Shown: piece by piece, positions 17,630 through 26,939 of the stretch
Layout of the letters: each line of letters opens with the position of its first letter
Numbering within the stretch: the first letter of the stretch is position 1
Virus record (IMG/VR): IMGVR_UViG_2772190730_000001
Coordinates: 12,618 to 76,617 of that record
Reading direction: 5' to 3' (one strand)
From: a virus
Lineage: Duplodnaviria; Caudoviricetes
Length of the DNA: 64,000 nt
Translations under genes and position numbers: made by a program
Notes under the pieces: generated by a model
Databases searched by the model: none
What the model was told of the DNA's origin: nothing
Seen by the model: only the letters and a program-made list of their open reading frames with translations

Positions 17630-18196
17630 CTAGTTCGCGGTGCCCTTGGCCGGAGGACGCCGACGACCAGCAGGCTGCTTGCCCGTGGCGACGGTCTGCC
17701 CGGTGGCCTCGACCGCGGCCTTCCGTTCCTGCGCGGCCTCCTTCACCGCGGCGTCCTCGTCGTCGGCCGACTGCTCGTCGTCGGCCACGGTCGCCCCCAG
17801 GTTCTTCAGCTCCCGCTTGATCTGGGTGATGCGGGACTTCAGCTTCTTGTTGTCGTCGAACTCGGCCCGGCGGGCCAGGCCCTCGTACTCCTCGCGCAGG
17901 GCCCGCACCGTGTCCCGGTCCCGGTCGAGGACCAGCCGGTCGGCCTCCGCGGCCGCGGCGAGCTTGCCCTCCCGCTGGAGGACCTCCAGGTTCGCCTGCG
18001 TCGGCGACGGGATCACGTCCGGGTCGACGTGCGTGAGCCGGGTGCCGGACTCGTCGACCACGACGTCGGCGTTGGCGAGGTCGGGGGGCAGCGGCTTGTT
18101 GTCGCCGTCGAGCAGTTCGTTGGTGGGGTCCACCTCGACGTTCGGGGTGTGGGTGCCCTCGGCCGCGCGGGCCTTGTCCAGTGCGTCATCAGCCAT
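17630..18196 (-). CDS. Hypothetical capsid-adjacent protein
   Basis: 188 aa, charged and coiled-coil-like, directly downstream of the capsid gene. Confidence 0.6.
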   Translation of the reverse strand: MADDALDKARAAEGTHTPNVEVDPTNELLDGDNKPLPPDLANADVVVDESGTRLTHVDPDVIPSPTQANLEVLQREGKLAAAAEADRLVLDRDRDTVRALREEYEGLARRAEFDDNKKLKSRITQIKRELKNLGATVADDEQSADDEDAAVKEAAQERKAAVEATGQTVATGKQPAGRRRPPAKGTAN

Positions 18197-18301
18197 GTCG
18201 GCCGACCTCCCAATGTGTCTGACGGATGCGGGTTCTGGTGGTGCTGGTGCGCGAGCAGCCGACCCGGGGTTGCCCGGGTCGGCTGCTCGCGGGAGGTCGG
18301 A

Positions 18302-19816
18302 CTAGACGCCGGTCCAGCCGGGGGTGGCCAGGCCGGTGCCGGTGATCTTCTGCGCGTTGGGCAGCCGGGAGTGCGTGTACGCAAAGTAGCCGTACAAAAC
18401 GAGCAAAACGCCCAGGCTGGCTGCGGCGGGCTGCTCGGCCCGGATGAACAGCGGAGCCTCCGGGTCCTCCCAGAGGTGGCACTCGGACTTGTCGACGACG
18501 TAGACCTCGTCCTGGTTGGTGCCAGCGCCGAGGTTGACCGCGACGTTGGCGTCCACGATCACGGGCAGGCCGTTCGGGAGGACACCGCGCAGGCCCCGCC
18601 CGTAGACCTCGCCGTAGTTCGCGCCCAGGGTCTGCGCGAGGGTCTGCGGCTGGCTGATCAGCGGCCACGTCGAGGACATGGCCTGGTTGAGCCAGAACCA
18701 GCGACGCGAGTTCATGATCGCGATGTTGTCGCCGGTGGCCAGGTCCAGCATGGCCGCCTCGACCCCGGCCGCGGCCTGCGACAGGAGCGGAGCGAACTCT
18801 GCGACCGTCGGGGACGCGTCGGTGTAGGTGATGGTGTTCGCGACCGCCGACAGGCCCGTGGTCGCCTGGTTCAGCAGGATGCCGTCCAGGCCCGAGGAGT
18901 ACCGCCGGTACAGGTCGTCCATGACGACCGGCTCGGTGCCCGCCCCGCGCTCGATGGACTGCCGGGACATCGTCTGCTGGCCGGCGTTCGTCTGGACGCT
19001 GATGGTCAGCAGGGTGTCGTCGATGTCCTGGTTGACGACGGCGGTGTTCTCCGTCGCCTGCAGGCCGGTCGCGGTGGGGGTGGTGATCCGGGAGATGTTC
19101 ACGGTCATGCCCTGGGCGGGCAGGTCGTGGTGGTTGCAGACGTCCGCGAACGGCCGGCGGGCGGCGGTCGCGGGCGCGTACATGTCGGTGAGGTACTGCG
19201 GGACCGTGAGTCCGGCGAACGCGCCGGTGCCCACCGCGCGGGTCAGGTACTGGCCGCGCTCGACGCGCTCTTCGCGCATGTGCGCGCGGAGCCGGTCCTG
19301 GGCCTCGTAGTCGCCCATGAACGCGGCGGCCACGTCGGTCTCGAAACCGGCGCCCGGCTTCACACCCCGACGGAACCGGCCCGCACCCTGGTCGAAGCCG
19401 CGCTCCTTGTGCGGGGCGTACTGCCGCTCCTCCGACACGACCCGGTGGACCTGGTCGTAGGCGCGGGACTGCGGGGCACCGGCCTGGCCGGCGGGCTCAC
19501 CGGCGGCGACCCGGGCGGCCGGGGTCGGCGCGGTCTGCTCCTGCTCCCGCTCGACCTGGCCCTCGTCGGCGGACGCGGCGGTCAGCTCGTCCAGGGAACG
19601 CTTCGCGGTGTCGAACTGCCGCTCGGCCGTCGCAGCCTGCTCGCGCAGGGTCTGCATCTCCTGCTGCTCCAGGCCAGTCAGCTTGTCGCGGCCCTCGTCG
19701 CGGGCCTGCGTGGTGATCCCGCGCTGGCGGGCGATGGCCTGGTCGTAGGTGGTCTTGAACCCGGTGACCTCGGCGCGCTTGGCCTCGATCAGATCGGGCA
19801 GGGTCAGAGTCGGCAT
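18302..19816 (-). CDS. Major capsid protein (HK97 fold) with N-terminal delta/scaffold domain
   Basis: Start MPTLTLPDL after GAGGAG. Coiled-coil N-terminus, GLTVPQYL, GLPVIVDANV, LLVLYGYFAY. Confidence 0.92.
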   Translation of the reverse strand: MPTLTLPDLIEAKRAEVTGFKTTYDQAIARQRGITTQARDEGRDKLTGLEQQEMQTLREQAATAERQFDTAKRSLDELTAASADEGQVEREQEQTAPTPAARVAAGEPAGQAGAPQSRAYDQVHRVVSEERQYAPHKERGFDQGAGRFRRGVKPGAGFETDVAAAFMGDYEAQDRLRAHMREERVERGQYLTRAVGTGAFAGLTVPQYLTDMYAPATAARRPFADVCNHHDLPAQGMTVNISRITTPTATGLQATENTAVVNQDIDDTLLTISVQTNAGQQTMSRQSIERGAGTEPVVMDDLYRRYSSGLDGILLNQATTGLSAVANTITYTDASPTVAEFAPLLSQAAAGVEAAMLDLATGDNIAIMNSRRWFWLNQAMSSTWPLISQPQTLAQTLGANYGEVYGRGLRGVLPNGLPVIVDANVAVNLGAGTNQDEVYVVDKSECHLWEDPEAPLFIRAEQPAAASLGVLLVLYGYFAYTHSRLPNAQKITGTGLATPGWTGV

Positions 19817-19987
19817 GGCCGGACTCCTCTCGGCTCGTGATGGTGGGAGTTGGGCTGCCCGCCCGCACGCGCCAGTCACATCCGCCTGGCATGGCGAGAG
19901 CGCAGGACAACCGGCCACATCCGTCCGGCAGAGTCCTTGCAGCAGAACCGGAACCCGTCAGGGCCCCGGTGGTTGAGAGGGGGTGGA

Positions 19988-21025
19988 TCAGAAGGTGAGC
20001 TCGCGCGCAGCATCGAGCTCGGTGGCAAGGAAATCGACGCGCTCGGGCACGAACTCGGGCTTGCTCGCCTCGGCCCGGGACGCCGGGGTGGTGACGCCGA
20101 GCAGCACGCTCAGCGGCCCCTCACCGGCCAGGACGTCGAGGTCCCCGGTCGCGGCCCGCTCCAGGAGGGCGGCCAGGACGGCACGCTCTTCGTCGCCGAC
20201 CGAGTTCTGGAGGATGCACGCTCGCAGGTGCTGCACATCCTGCGCGGCCGCGGCGGCCACGCTCAGGCCGGCGCCCCGCTGGCCCTGGTCGTCAAGACGC
20301 TCAGCCAGGACACCCCGGGCCGCGTTCAGCGCGCCCTCGTCGATCTGCCGCAGCGCCCGCATCACCTCGGCCCGCAGCTCGAACTGGGCGGCCCTGGCCT
20401 CGATGCTGGTGTGGGGGTTCGCGCCGAACGTCACCGGCGAAACGTCGCCGCGCTCGAGGTCGAACTCGTTGATCCGGTACTCGGTGTAGTCCGGGGACCA
20501 CTGCCCGGCCGTGATGCCGAACATGAACGACATCTCGTTGATCGAGCCGTCCTCGACGGCCTGGTACAGGTTCTGGGCGTCCGAGCGTCCCGGGTTCAGG
20601 CGGGCCGTGTTCAGCAGGCCCGTGGTGTCTTCGAGCAGGTCGAGGGTCCCGGACGTGGTGCGGGCGAACGGCCACCCGCCGTGGTTCACCTGGTAGACCA
20701 CGTTCGGTCCCGTGGACAGCGTCTTCGCGCCGGCGCCGGCCGTCACGATCTCGGTGTAGGGGCCGGCCCAGTCCCACATCTCGTAGCCGCGCTCGTACAC
20801 CGTCGCGTACCCGGTGATCTGCAGGAAGTCCTTCCCGCCGACCTGGACACGTTCGGCGCGCATCTGCGCCGGCTGCGGCGCGGACCGGCGCAGGGCCGAC
20901 ACGTTGTCCGGCGGCGCGGACCGAAACGACTGCCCGGCCCGGCCCAGCTTGTCGCTGCTGCTGCGTACCGCCTTCTCCGCTGCTGCGGCGCGCTTCTGCG
21001 CGGCCTCCTGCATGCTGACGCTCAT
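19988..21025 (-). CDS. HK97-family prohead protease
   Basis: ITGYATVY, VNHG, EMSFMF and DVSPVTFGANPHTS motifs; between portal and capsid. Confidence 0.9.
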   Translation of the reverse strand: MSVSMQEAAQKRAAAAEKAVRSSSDKLGRAGQSFRSAPPDNVSALRRSAPQPAQMRAERVQVGGKDFLQITGYATVYERGYEMWDWAGPYTEIVTAGAGAKTLSTGPNVVYQVNHGGWPFARTTSGTLDLLEDTTGLLNTARLNPGRSDAQNLYQAVEDGSINEMSFMFGITAGQWSPDYTEYRINEFDLERGDVSPVTFGANPHTSIEARAAQFELRAEVMRALRQIDEGALNAARGVLAERLDDQGQRGAGLSVAAAAAQDVQHLRACILQNSVGDEERAVLAALLERAATGDLDVLAGEGPLSVLLGVTTPASRAEASKPEFVPERVDFLATELDAARELTF

Positions 21026-22320
21026 CTGCCGTCCCTTCCGCCCGGCGGCGTCCAGCCGCTTCCAATGGCCAGCCGCTCGGCTGGAAGATGTGTCGCAGTG
21101 ACCTCGATGACCGGTCGGCCACCGGGGAGTGCCCAGCCCCCGCCACGTTCCACGGGCTGCGGGGCTGGTTGCTTCGTCGGCCAGAGCCGGTCGAACTGGG
21201 CGTAGTCGCTGTCGGTCAGCGGCCGCAGATTGTCGTAGGCGCGCGCCTCGTCCGGGGTCCGCAGCCGGGCCGCTACCTGGCCGGCCAGGATCGCTGCGCG
21301 GGTCTGCGGGTCCATGCGCAGCATCGCGTCCGAGTTCAGCTTCACCAGCCGAGGCTCGGCCAGCGCACCCGACAGCGCCCGTTCCCGCCGGAAAACGGCC
21401 GGGCCCACGTTGATGACGAGCAGCTGCAGGTTCCGCTGGGTGACGTTGGCGTACGTGATGTTCCCCGTCGCCGAGTCCGCGTCGATCATGTCCGCGGGCA
21501 CATCGAGGAACCGGGCAACATCGGTCACGCCGTACCGCATCTCGTCCAGGAACGCGGCACTGTTCGCGTCGCCGGCTGCGGTGTTCCATTCCCAGTCCGA
21601 GCCGGTGACGAACGGTTCCCGGTTCGCGGCGGCAACCTTGAACCGGGCCTTCATCTCGGCAGCGGCCTCAGGGGTGAGGGTCTTCGCGGTGTTCTTCAGC
21701 GTCCCGCCCGGGTGAGCGCCGTTCGTGTACCAGTCCAGGGCGAACTGCTGCGCGGACAGGTACCCGCCGATCGACATAGCCGCATACGCGATTGGCGAGA
21801 GCCCCACCGGGGAACCCGCCACTACGTACTGCTTCTCGTGCCAGATCAGCGACGGATCCAAGATCTCCCCGCCGATGCGGTAGCCCGTGATCTTGCGGCC
21901 CTTCGTCAGCACCGAAACCTCACCGGCGGCCAGCAGCTCGATCTGTGCCGGCCGCCCGGCCGCGTCCTTCGCAGTGATCAGCCCGAACGTGTTGCCGTAC
22001 CGGTCCAGGTCGACCTGCGTGGACCACATCCACTGGGTGATGTCGACACCCGGCGAAGGGCTCTTCAGCCAGGCCGGTTTCGTTACCTCGACCAGGACGC
22101 CGTCCACGGTGCGGAAGACGTCCACCGGCATGGTGGAGATCAGGTTGGCCCGAAGCCGCAGGCATGCCCAGACAGCGGAGTGCCGCAGCGCTGACTCTGG
22201 GGTGACCCCGTGGGGGCCGCCCAGGCGCCGCCCGGACCGGTCCGTCCAGCCGATGACGTCCGAGGCCAGGTCCCGCTTGGACAGGCCGACCGCGTGGAGG
22301 GCGCGCTGGAGCCAGCTCAC
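21022..22320 (-). CDS. Portal protein (HK97 family)
   Basis: 432 aa; SAVWACLRLRANLIST, GLSPI, VARFLDVP, TPDEARA. Confidence 0.93.
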   Translation of the reverse strand: MSWLQRALHAVGLSKRDLASDVIGWTDRSGRRLGGPHGVTPESALRHSAVWACLRLRANLISTMPVDVFRTVDGVLVEVTKPAWLKSPSPGVDITQWMWSTQVDLDRYGNTFGLITAKDAAGRPAQIELLAAGEVSVLTKGRKITGYRIGGEILDPSLIWHEKQYVVAGSPVGLSPIAYAAMSIGGYLSAQQFALDWYTNGAHPGGTLKNTAKTLTPEAAAEMKARFKVAAANREPFVTGSDWEWNTAAGDANSAAFLDEMRYGVTDVARFLDVPADMIDADSATGNITYANVTQRNLQLLVINVGPAVFRRERALSGALAEPRLVKLNSDAMLRMDPQTRAAILAGQVAARLRTPDEARAYDNLRPLTDSDYAQFDRLWPTKQPAPQPVERGGGWALPGGRPVIEVTATHLPAERLAIGSGWTPPGGRDGR

Positions 22321-22354
22321 CGGCGCCTCCTCCCGGCCAGGCCAGTGCCGGGCA

Positions 22355-23845
22355 TCAATAGGCGCTCTGAAGCACGTCGTAGTCGCTTTCGCGTTCCCGT
22401 TCGGCCAGCCACATAGCGCCGGTCAGGGCCCGCAAGGGCGCGATGTTCGCGCCCGAGCTCGTTCGGCCCCAGTCCCAGCCGCCGTCACCGACGGTCCGTT
22501 TCACCGCCACCGTGAACGCGCCGTCCAGGATCGGGTCCTCGGTGTGCGTCCAGGCCTGATCGACGGACAGCTTCTGCAGGTGCGCGGCCGCCGCCCGGCA
22601 ATCCGTGCCGGACATCGGCTCCAGGTCCAGGCCGGCGGCCATCAGCTTCGGCAGCAGCGCCACCGCGGCCCCGGTCGCGTCGTAGGCCAAGTTCGCGTCC
22701 GGGTACCGCTGCCGCAGCTGCAGCAGGCGAGGGAGAACCCAGTCCGTTCCCGGCAGCGCGTCGGCCAGCTCCCCGTGAGGAACCGGAGACGCGATCGACG
22801 CCCCGATCGCGGCGGCCACCATGCCGGGCGCCACGTCGAGCACGAACGCGCGCCGGCCAACCGGCAGCTCCCGGGTGGTCGGGACGCTGGTCTGCGTCCA
22901 CTCGTCCTCGCTGATCGGCTTCTCCCCGTACGAAGCGTCGTCCCACCAGCCGAGCCGCTCCCGGGCGAACTCCGCCGCAGGCATCGCCCGCCGCTCCGAC
23001 CGCACGAACTCGATGTCGATGCGCCGGCCGATCGCAGGGTTCGCCTGGCGCCAGAAGTCCTCCCGGTCCAGCGAGCACCCCGGCGTACCGGGGATGTGCT
23101 GGCAGGACTCCAGCAGGCAGCCCGGCTCGGCCATCGACCCCGGAGCGCACCACTCGATGTACGCGGGCGCTCCGGCTCCACCGGCACGGCCCCGGTCCCG
23201 GACGCCCCGCAGGATCGCCGAGCCGGCCAGGCCAGCCGATGAGCAGTAGATGACCTTCGCGCGGCGACGGGTCGACAGCGTCGGCAGCAGCGAGCCCATG
23301 TGCGCGGGCAGCAGAGCGAACGCCTCGTCCAGGACCACGATGTCCCCGGTCAGGCCTCGGCCACCGGTCCGGACCCGGGCCCGGAACATCAGCCGCTTGC
23401 CGCCGGCGAACTCGAACTCTTCCTCGCCGTTCCCCCGGGACACCTTCGTGACCCGGCGGGACAGGAACGAATGTCCGGCGATCAGCTCGTCGAAGTGGCG
23501 GAACGTCTCCTGGGCGGTGCGGAACTCGTGCGCCGACCAGACGATCAGCCTCACCGGCTGTAGCCCGGGCCGGTCCGGCTCCACCAGGTGCGTCAGCACG
23601 ACCCGTTCCGCACAGAACGTCTTCAGGTTCTGCCGGCACGTGATGATCGCGCTCTCCAGCGTGGCCGGGCGCCCGTCGTCCCGCAGCGACGTGGCCACGT
23701 CCACAGCCAGCTGCTGCTCCGGGTCCATCGGCGTACCGATGGCCTCCGACAGCATCGCGACCTCACGGACCAGCGACCGATCCCGAGGAGGCGTCCACAC
23801 GTAGGCGGGCGGAACCTCGAGCCCCGCGAAGGCGGGGGCGCTCAC
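22355..23845 (-). CDS. terL: Terminase large subunit
   Basis: RQNLKT (Walker A-like), RGLTGDIVVLDEA (Walker B), ANPAIG, FARERLGWW, C-terminal nuclease. GTG start overlaps the terS stop. Confidence 0.9.
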   Translation of the reverse strand: MSAPAFAGLEVPPAYVWTPPRDRSLVREVAMLSEAIGTPMDPEQQLAVDVATSLRDDGRPATLESAIITCRQNLKTFCAERVVLTHLVEPDRPGLQPVRLIVWSAHEFRTAQETFRHFDELIAGHSFLSRRVTKVSRGNGEEEFEFAGGKRLMFRARVRTGGRGLTGDIVVLDEAFALLPAHMGSLLPTLSTRRRAKVIYCSSAGLAGSAILRGVRDRGRAGGAGAPAYIEWCAPGSMAEPGCLLESCQHIPGTPGCSLDREDFWRQANPAIGRRIDIEFVRSERRAMPAAEFARERLGWWDDASYGEKPISEDEWTQTSVPTTRELPVGRRAFVLDVAPGMVAAAIGASIASPVPHGELADALPGTDWVLPRLLQLRQRYPDANLAYDATGAAVALLPKLMAAGLDLEPMSGTDCRAAAAHLQKLSVDQAWTHTEDPILDGAFTVAVKRTVGDGGWDWGRTSSGANIAPLRALTGAMWLAERERESDYDVLQSAY

Positions 23846-24282
23846 CCGGCACCAAAGATGTGGTCGATGACGTCGGCCTCCGGTCGCGCGTCGGCCATGG
23901 CTGCCTCCATCGCGGCCCGAAGCTCTCGGGACAGTGAGGCGGCTCCAGCCGCCGTGTGGTTGCCCCGCCCCGCTGTCATCATCTGGGCGAGCTCCATCAC
24001 GAGAGCTCCCTCCGGGCAGTCCAGCCGGCCAACCGACTCGAGCTTCTGGCGGTACGAATCCACCAGCGAAGAGGGCGCATACAGCGGTTCGGTGTTTGTC
24101 GTCGTGGACGTGCGTTGAGATTGCCGTTTCGGTGCGGCTTTTGGCTTTGCCTCGTGCAGCTGGATCACCCGGGGGTTGCCCCGATTCCGAGGAGGCCTGC
24201 ACTTCTCGCAGAACTCCCGAGGCCGGGCTCGACCCTGCTGCGGCGGAATCACACCCCCGCACTCCTTGCACCTGCGCTCCAC
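23842..24282 (-). CDS. terS: Terminase small subunit
   Basis: 146 aa directly upstream of terL; AASLSRELRAAM..A...DVID helix pattern. Confidence 0.7.
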   Translation of the reverse strand: MERRCKECGGVIPPQQGRARPREFCEKCRPPRNRGNPRVIQLHEAKPKAAPKRQSQRTSTTTNTEPLYAPSSLVDSYRQKLESVGRLDCPEGALVMELAQMMTAGRGNHTAAGAASLSRELRAAMEAAMADARPEADVIDHIFGAG

Positions 24283-24288
24283 GACGGA

Positions 24289-24876
24289 TCACCCCACAAG
24301 GGCGAGCTGGACGACACCGCCCAGGCCTCGCCGTGAGTTGCAGCGCCGATGAGCCAGCGCCACGTTCGCGTAGGAGTGCTCACCGCCCAGAACGATCGGC
24401 ACCAGGTGATCGAGAGTCGGACCCATCGCGTGACGACCGCTCAGAGTCCGGTCCACCTCGCTGCCGCAAAGGTGGCAGCGCCAGCGGTCCCGATCGAACA
24501 CCACATCGGGCTCCACTAGATCCACGATGACCAACTGCAGCCGGGCACGGCGCGCAGCGCAGCGCGCACGGTCACGAGCCCTGCGGCTGGCGCGAGCCCG
24601 CACCGGGTCACGCTTGGTGGCCTTGAACAATTGGCCGCATCGCACACTGCACGTCTGCGTCGGTCCACCACCACCGGATTTCCGCCGGCGGAAGCGCGCC
24701 CCGCAGATCGGGCAAGTTGCCATACTGCGCTCCCCAGTTGCATAGGCCGCGACCGGCGCCTTGCCCTCGCGGCGACATGGCCGACACGTGGCCAACCCCG
24801 GCGGGAGGGATCCCCGACCCTGGAACAGAAGCGCGCCGCAGCCCCCGGCACATGGGGTATCCGCTCGTCGCGGCAT
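24289..24876 (-). CDS. HNH endonuclease with N-terminal Cys-rich zinc-binding segments
   Basis: RDRWRCHLCG...TLDHLVPIVLGGEHSYANVALAHRRCN. Confidence 0.9.
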   Translation of the reverse strand: MPRRADTPCAGGCGALLFQGRGSLPPGLATCRPCRREGKAPVAAYATGERSMATCPICGARFRRRKSGGGGPTQTCSVRCGQLFKATKRDPVRARASRRARDRARCAARRARLQLVIVDLVEPDVVFDRDRWRCHLCGSEVDRTLSGRHAMGPTLDHLVPIVLGGEHSYANVALAHRRCNSRRGLGGVVQLALVG

Positions 24877-24879
24877 CAC

Positions 24880-25120
24880 AGCTCCCGGGAATGGCGAAGG
24901 CCCCACGCCGGGAGACGTGGGGCCTTCTGGCCCGGCTGATCAGGCCGGACTGACTTAGTCGACTTACTAAACCGAGCGCTCTGGCTTAAACCCGCGCTCG
25001 GGGATTTGTGGGGGACGCAAGACGGGGTCCTGGAAGCTCCACCCAAAAAACTCGAATCGGACATACCTGCCGAGCGTCCCTCGGGTGCCCGTTTCGCCTG
25101 TACCGGTGGGTTCCTACTGC
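24880..25120. other. Candidate cos/packaging region
   Basis: Non-coding gap between two HNH genes upstream of terS, with an A6 run, G/C runs and several short inverted repeats (e.g. ccgagcgc...gcgctcgg). The position is typical of HNH-assisted cos phages; the cut site was not determined. Confidence 0.45.
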
Positions 25121-25124
25121 CTGG

Positions 25125-25838
25125 TCACCAGCGTGAGGCGGTCCCTGGGCGGGCCAGGGTGGGCCGCTTGCGGGCGTTGCCCGCGTGCCCACCAGCTGAC
25201 TGGTTGCACCTGCTGTGTTCAGGCCTCGTGTCTTCGATGGTCCAGGTGGTGCGGGTGTCGTGGACCCTGAGCTCTATGTGGCCGACGTCGAGGCTGTCTG
25301 GTCCGCGTCTGCCGTCGTATCTGATGGGCTGGCCGGGTAGGAGGCAGCGGGGGGCCTGGCAGGTGGGGAGGCGTAGGGCTTGCCAGTGGGCTCGGATGGC
25401 TCGCCATTGGCTGGTCTTGAGGTTGGGGTCGCCGGTGCTGCGCCGGGGTGCTGCCTGGCCCCGTGCTGGGGTGGCGCTGTCGGGGCGGTAGCGGGTCCAC
25501 CAGGTGTCGACGGCGGCCATCTGCCGGCGGATGTGCTGGCTGGTCTGGCCTCGCTGGGCGATGCGTTGGCGGCAGGTGTCGGCGTCGACCAGGAGGAGGC
25601 GCTGTTCGGTGGCTGCGACGAGGCGGGCTGCTTGGGCTCGGGCGTTGGGGGTTGAGCCGGCTCGGATGACGACGGCCTGGGCGTTGGGCTGCTGGGCGAG
25701 GGCGCTGATGGCTCGGCGGAAGTGGGCTTCGCTGGTCCAGCCGGGGTCGTCGCGGTCGTAGACGGCGAGGCCGAGGGTGCGGGCGAGGGTGGTCTTGCCG
25801 GAGCCGGGTGGGCCGAAGATCAGGACGACGCGGCGCAC
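25125..25838 (-). CDS. P-loop (AAA_33/kinase-like) domain fused to an HNH endonuclease
   Basis: GPPGSGKTT, then CQAPRC...SLDVGH...RPEHSRCNQSAG. Confidence 0.8.
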   Translation of the reverse strand: MRRVVLIFGPPGSGKTTLARTLGLAVYDRDDPGWTSEAHFRRAISALAQQPNAQAVVIRAGSTPNARAQAARLVAATEQRLLLVDADTCRQRIAQRGQTSQHIRRQMAAVDTWWTRYRPDSATPARGQAAPRRSTGDPNLKTSQWRAIRAHWQALRLPTCQAPRCLLPGQPIRYDGRRGPDSLDVGHIELRVHDTRTTWTIEDTRPEHSRCNQSAGGHAGNARKRPTLARPGTASRW

Positions 25839-25984
25839 CGGTGGGCCACGTTCGTGCTTCGAGGGCGCTCACCGCGCTTGGTCCAGCATCCACGCCAGCT
25901 GCACCGTGTGCAGCGCCAGCGGTCGGTGCTGCGGAACGGGTTCCAGGAGCGGACTCGGACCAGGGCGATGACGGTCTGCGGCAT
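25820..25984 (-). CDS. Small Cys-containing hypothetical protein (54 aa, below the track cut-off)
   Basis: MPQTVIALVRVRSWNPF...WRCTRCSWRGC; GAGGA RBS. Confidence 0.4.
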   Translation of the reverse strand: MPQTVIALVRVRSWNPFRSTDRWRCTRCSWRGCWTKRGERPRSTNVAHRCAASS

Positions 25985-25997
25985 GCCGTTCCTCGGT

Positions 25998-26312
25998 TCA
26001 GGTGGTGATCAGGAGGCGGGAGATGGTGGGCCGGATGAGGCCGAAGAGGTCGTCCGGGGTGCGGGAGCGCCGGGTCTCGAGAGGTGGGTCGTAGTCCGGT
26101 AGTTCTCCGCGGCGAGGCAGGACCAGGATCTGGCCGGGCGGGCAGAACTCGGAGGGCTGCACCTTGTAAATGCCGGGCAGATCCTCGATCGCTTCGCGGA
26201 TGGTGGTCTCGCGGTGGGGTTCGCAGACGATGGTCTGGCGCAGGCTGTCGACCCAGGCGTTGATGTCCCGGATGGGCGCGGGTACCTCGTCGTTTGGGTC
26301 GGTGGCGGCCAT
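25998..26312 (-). CDS. Hypothetical protein
   Basis: MAATDPNDEV..., 104 aa, GGGAG RBS. Confidence 0.55.
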   Translation of the reverse strand: MAATDPNDEVPAPIRDINAWVDSLRQTIVCEPHRETTIREAIEDLPGIYKVQPSEFCPPGQILVLPRRGELPDYDPPLETRRSRTPDDLFGLIRPTISRLLITT

Positions 26313-26326
26313 GGCGGATCTCCCGT

Positions 26327-26494
26327 TCAGGTGATGGCGACGATGAGCGCGCCGATGAAGATCAGGCCGAGGACCGTGGTGGTGAAGAACGCGAGGACCT
26401 GGTCGGCCTGGTCGCCGGTGGGCCGCATTGGCCGGCCGCAGTCGGGGCAGGCGCCGGGTGCTTGCCCGGGCTGGTGCGGGTGGCGGCCGGTCAC
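26327..26494 (-). CDS. Small membrane protein with CxxC
   Basis: CPDCG followed by a C-terminal TM helix; GTGA overlap. Confidence 0.5.
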   Translation of the reverse strand: MTGRHPHQPGQAPGACPDCGRPMRPTGDQADQVLAFFTTTVLGLIFIGALIVAIT

Positions 26495-26826
26495 CGGTCG
26501 GCTTGTCCTGGTGCGGGCCGGATCTCGTCGAGCCATTCGTGCTGCTCTCCGCTGTTCGGCGGGGATCCAGCCTCAGCCGAGCGGGGCACTTCGCGGCGGA
26601 CGGTGAGGGTGACCTGGATGGTGCAGGTGCGGCAGCGCCATTCGCTGGCGTCAGTCTGCTGGTCGCCGTCGTAGCCGGTCTCGCGGGTGGGCGAGTACAG
26701 GGGCTGACCGTGGCAGGTGAGGTGGAAGTCGAGCTGGTCCAGCGGGTAAGCGGTTGGCGCTTCGGGCTGGATGCCGAACATGCGTCGAGCCCCCGTCCTG
26801 GTGGTTGGGGGCTCGTGTCTGGGCAT
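26491..26826 (-). CDS. Hypothetical protein (possible zinc ribbon)
   Basis: MPRHEPP...WRCRTC; first gene after the promoter at 26880. Confidence 0.5.
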   Translation of the reverse strand: MPRHEPPTTRTGARRMFGIQPEAPTAYPLDQLDFHLTCHGQPLYSPTRETGYDGDQQTDASEWRCRTCTIQVTLTVRREVPRSAEAGSPPNSGEQHEWLDEIRPAPGQADR

Positions 26827-26880
26827 GGCGAATACGCCATGCCCGTGCCAATTATTTGCTGGGTTTCTGATCGGCGTCAA
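26821..26880 (-). promoter_or_regulatory. Sigma70-type promoter (TTGACG-N18-AATAAT) with a downstream 24-bp palindrome
   Basis: -35 at 26880-26875, -10 at 26856-26851. GGGCATGGCG-aata-CGCCATGCCC at 26821-26844. Confidence 0.55.
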
Positions 26881-26939
26881 CTACACCGGGTGATGTCCGC
26901 GTGGCGAGGCGCGCTACTCCGTTGCTGTCGGCGCATCGC

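Noticed and set aside
16322-19840. 1172-aa plus-strand ORF
   Set aside because: Antisense shadow of the capsid and minor structural genes; no recognisable domain.
19817-19987. 170-bp gap before the capsid gene with two CGGATGTG copies; possible structured leader RNA
   Set aside because: No convincing long stem or known riboswitch/ncRNA signature could be found by eye.
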